A DNA stretch of 24,000 nt from Halobaculum roseum (GTDB lineage Archaea > Halobacteriota > Halobacteria > Halobacteriales > Haloferacaceae): contig NZ_CP082286.1 of the NCBI RefSeq assembly GCF_019880245.1, forward strand, positions 676,521 to 700,520, read 5' to 3'. The translations under genes were made by a program, and so were the position numbers. A model generated the notes under the pieces. That model made no database searches. It had not been told where the DNA came from and saw only the letters and a program-made list of their open reading frames with translations. Each line of letters begins with the position of its first letter. Position 1 is the stretch's first letter. Below are positions 22,561 to 24,000 of this stretch, one piece after another.

Positions 22561-22683
22561 ATGTGGGTCTTCGACGCAACGCCCCTCAGCTACCTCGCGA
22601 AAGTCGATCGACTCACGCTCGTACAGCACCTCGAGGTGTCGTGTGGCATCCCCGAACCAGTCTACGTGGTGTATAGTCTATAG
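22561..22683 (+). pseudogene. Truncated PIN-domain (DUF3368-like) toxin; first ~40 codons only
   Basis: The ATG lies immediately after the antitoxin TGA. MWVFDATPLSYLAKVDRLTLVQHLEVSCGIPEPVY matches the PIN N-terminus (D.sPLi.LakidrL.lL....v.iP..V), then a stop follows. It is below the ORF-track size cut-off. Confidence 0.55.
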
Positions 22684-22868
22684 TGGGGGAGAGCAAGCAG
22701 CCACGTATCACTCGATTCGTCAGTAACGTTCGCACCAAGTTGTTTCGAAGAAGTTAGTCTATTACTGTACTGAGACACCAGGTGCGGGTACAGGGAGGTG
22801 GGCGAACCAGTTCCCACCATTGGGGAGGAGAGCAACACCTTTTGTGTTGGAGCCTGTAACAACGGTTG

Positions 22869-23210
22869 ATGCCGGGGGACGACGATGACGAGGCAACGCA
22901 GGTACTCGACGTCCGCGAGCGGTTTCCCGAAAACGCGACGTACGTGCAGATCAGTGCGTACCACGTCCCCCGCTCAGACCGCTACCCCGACGGCGTCAAG
23001 TATTCGATGCAGTACGGGCACACGAACGCTCCTGACGGCGAAGATGGCACGATCATCCGGTACGACAACTTTCCGGATCATCCTGGCGCACCGGTCCATC
23101 ACAAACATACAGAGGACGGAGAGATCGAGTCGATCGCGTTCGACGGCCTGCGCGAACTCTACCGCGAGTTCAAACACGAGGTGAGAGAAAATGACGAACC
23201 CTGGGACTGA
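22869..23210 (+). CDS. DUF6516 / TumE-like toxin-family protein
   Basis: VKYSMQYGH...DGTIIRYDNFPDHPGAPVHHKHTEDGEIESIAF matches, from memory, the RYDN...HHKH signature of that family. ATG at 22869 (the listed start 22866 is a TTG). Confidence 0.78.
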   Translation: MPGDDDDEATQVLDVRERFPENATYVQISAYHVPRSDRYPDGVKYSMQYGHTNAPDGEDGTIIRYDNFPDHPGAPVHHKHTEDGEIESIAFDGLRELYREFKHEVRENDEPWD

Positions 23211-23628
23211 CCCCGAAGAGACGACCGAGAACCGCATCATGCACATCCGGTTCGCCACGGGCAATGCTGACCGCGTCGAGGAGGCGCTGGCGGCACTCGA
23301 CCGTGGTGATGAGCCGGTTCCCTACCTCGAGCGCGTCTACCGTGACGTCGACAACCTCCACCGGGTGACGCGACCGAAGAATCTGGAGCTCCTCCGCGTC
23401 CTCGCGAGCGAACAACCGGAGAGCATCCGGGAGACAGCGCGCCTCGTCGACCGTGATGTCCGGCAGGTTCACCGGAACCTGGAAGAGCTGGAGGAGCTGG
23501 ACCTGATCAGTTTCGAGAGCGAGGGACCGGGGAAGCCGAAGCGGCCGCACGTGTGGTACGACGAGATCGCCGTCGAACTCCCGCTGACCGCCGGCGACGG
23601 AGCGAACGAAGACTCTGTCGAGGCGTAG
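23191..23628 (+). CDS. wHTH DNA-binding protein (TumA-like / MarR-ArsR-like putative antitoxin)
   Basis: RPKNLELLRVLASEQPESIRETARLVDRDVRQVHRNLEELEELDLISFE...GKPKRPHVWYDEIAVEL. It overlaps the upstream gene by 20 nt. Confidence 0.8.
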   Translation: MTNPGTDPEETTENRIMHIRFATGNADRVEEALAALDRGDEPVPYLERVYRDVDNLHRVTRPKNLELLRVLASEQPESIRETARLVDRDVRQVHRNLEELEELDLISFESEGPGKPKRPHVWYDEIAVELPLTAGDGANEDSVEA

Positions 23629-23701
23629 GCTACGCCGGCGGCCGCCAGTCGTCGAGTTCATCGAGCGTGCAGTCCATGCACAGCCGGTACTCGGTCAACT
23701 A

Positions 23702-23738
23702 CCCCACCCTAAACGCCTTCGGCGTTTTGAGGGTGGGG
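23702..23738 (-). ncRNA. Long hairpin at the tnpB stop codon, probable omega-RNA scaffold element
   Basis: CCCCACCCT-AAACGCC-TTC-GGCGTTT-tg-AGGGTGGGG: about 16 bp with one 2-nt bulge. It spans the last codons and the stop of the partial tnpB. Confidence 0.5.
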
Positions 23739-23999
23739 CTTGTCCGTGAACTCGGCGTCGAACCCTTTCGGGTGGGCGGTGAATCCGCCACTCGGCGTCA
23801 CTGTTCCAGACTTCAGGGCGAGCTGACTGTCGCCCGTCCGCCGAGACGACTGTTGACCTCGACGGACATACCGCATCCCGATGTTCTTTGCCGCGTTGTA
23901 ATCCGCGTTCGCCTCTGACTCGCACTTCACGCAACGGAAGTCAGTGCGAGTCGGGCGATTCTCGTCTACTGTGAACCCACACTCGGCGCACCGTTTCGA
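23709..23999 (-). CDS. tnpB: TnpB, C-terminal fragment (continues beyond the window end)
   Basis: The frame is open to the window edge: SKRCAECGFTVDENRPTRTDFRCVKCESEANADYNAAKNIG..., i.e. the zinc ribbon plus the RuvC-III motif. Confidence 0.85.
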   Translation of the reverse strand, partial: SKRCAECGFTVDENRPTRTDFRCVKCESEANADYNAAKNIGMRYVRRGQQSSRRTGDSQLALKSGTVTPSGGFTAHPKGFDAEFTDKPHPQNAEGV

Positions 24000-24000
24000 C

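Larger units (their letters stand above)
23690..24000 (-). mobile_element. Right end of a second IS200/IS605-family tnpB element, running off the window
   Basis: The TnpB C-terminus plus a strong terminal hairpin. The element end is estimated near 23690. Confidence 0.7.

Noticed and set aside
1-24000. Scan for CRISPR arrays, rRNA, tRNA and long tandem repeats
   Set aside because: I saw no regularly spaced direct repeats, no rRNA-like conserved blocks and no convincing cloverleaf. A computational scan (tRNAscan-SE, Infernal, a CRISPR finder) would be needed for certainty.

Overview
The window reads as a haloarchaeal-type (Halobacteria-like) replicon segment. Support: acid-rich proteins, a GC-rich backbone, TATA boxes about 27 nt upstream of likely leaderless starts, and haloarchaeal-style IS1341-type TnpB elements. 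It has two contrasting parts. (1) Positions 1 to about 10,050 are a visibly AT-rich island (roughly 33-50 % GC in the lines I counted by eye). It encodes a surface-glycan cluster: a 614-aa polytopic membrane protein; a complete CMP-Kdo pathway written as three overlapping ORFs (KdsC-KdsB fusion, Cys-type KdsA, KdsD); a SAM methyltransferase; a decayed IS1595-like transposase remnant; and a sulfatase-fold enzyme with a non-canonical active-site motif. Two tandem SDR epimerase/dehydratase paralogues straddle the GC shift and are followed by a WbuB/WcaI-like GT4. (2) The remainder is GC-rich (about 55-65 % in sampled lines). It carries a Zn-ribbon Nudix hydrolase and a small wHTH protein. It also carries a free-standing double-motif LAGLIDADG endonuclease with two N-terminal HTHs, abutting a 5'-truncated sugar-phosphate nucleotidyltransferase. 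From about 15.4 kb onward there is a dense island of six two-gene toxin-antitoxin-like or defence-like modules. Two are paralogous wHTH/coiled-coil + ~160-aa modules in inverted orientation. One is an AbiE-like double-wHTH + nucleotidyltransferase operon. Two are UPF0175-type antitoxins, each followed by only a 5' stub of its PIN toxin. One is a TumE/DUF6516-like + HTH pair. These are interleaved with one complete and one partial IS200/IS605-family TnpB element. No rRNA, tRNA or CRISPR array was found. The best candidates for new biology are the archaeal Kdo operon and its unknown transferase, the family of three divergent DUF6516-like modules, and the LAGLIDADG element apparently sitting in a nucleotidyltransferase gene. 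All family assignments come from motif reading by eye; no database search was run.
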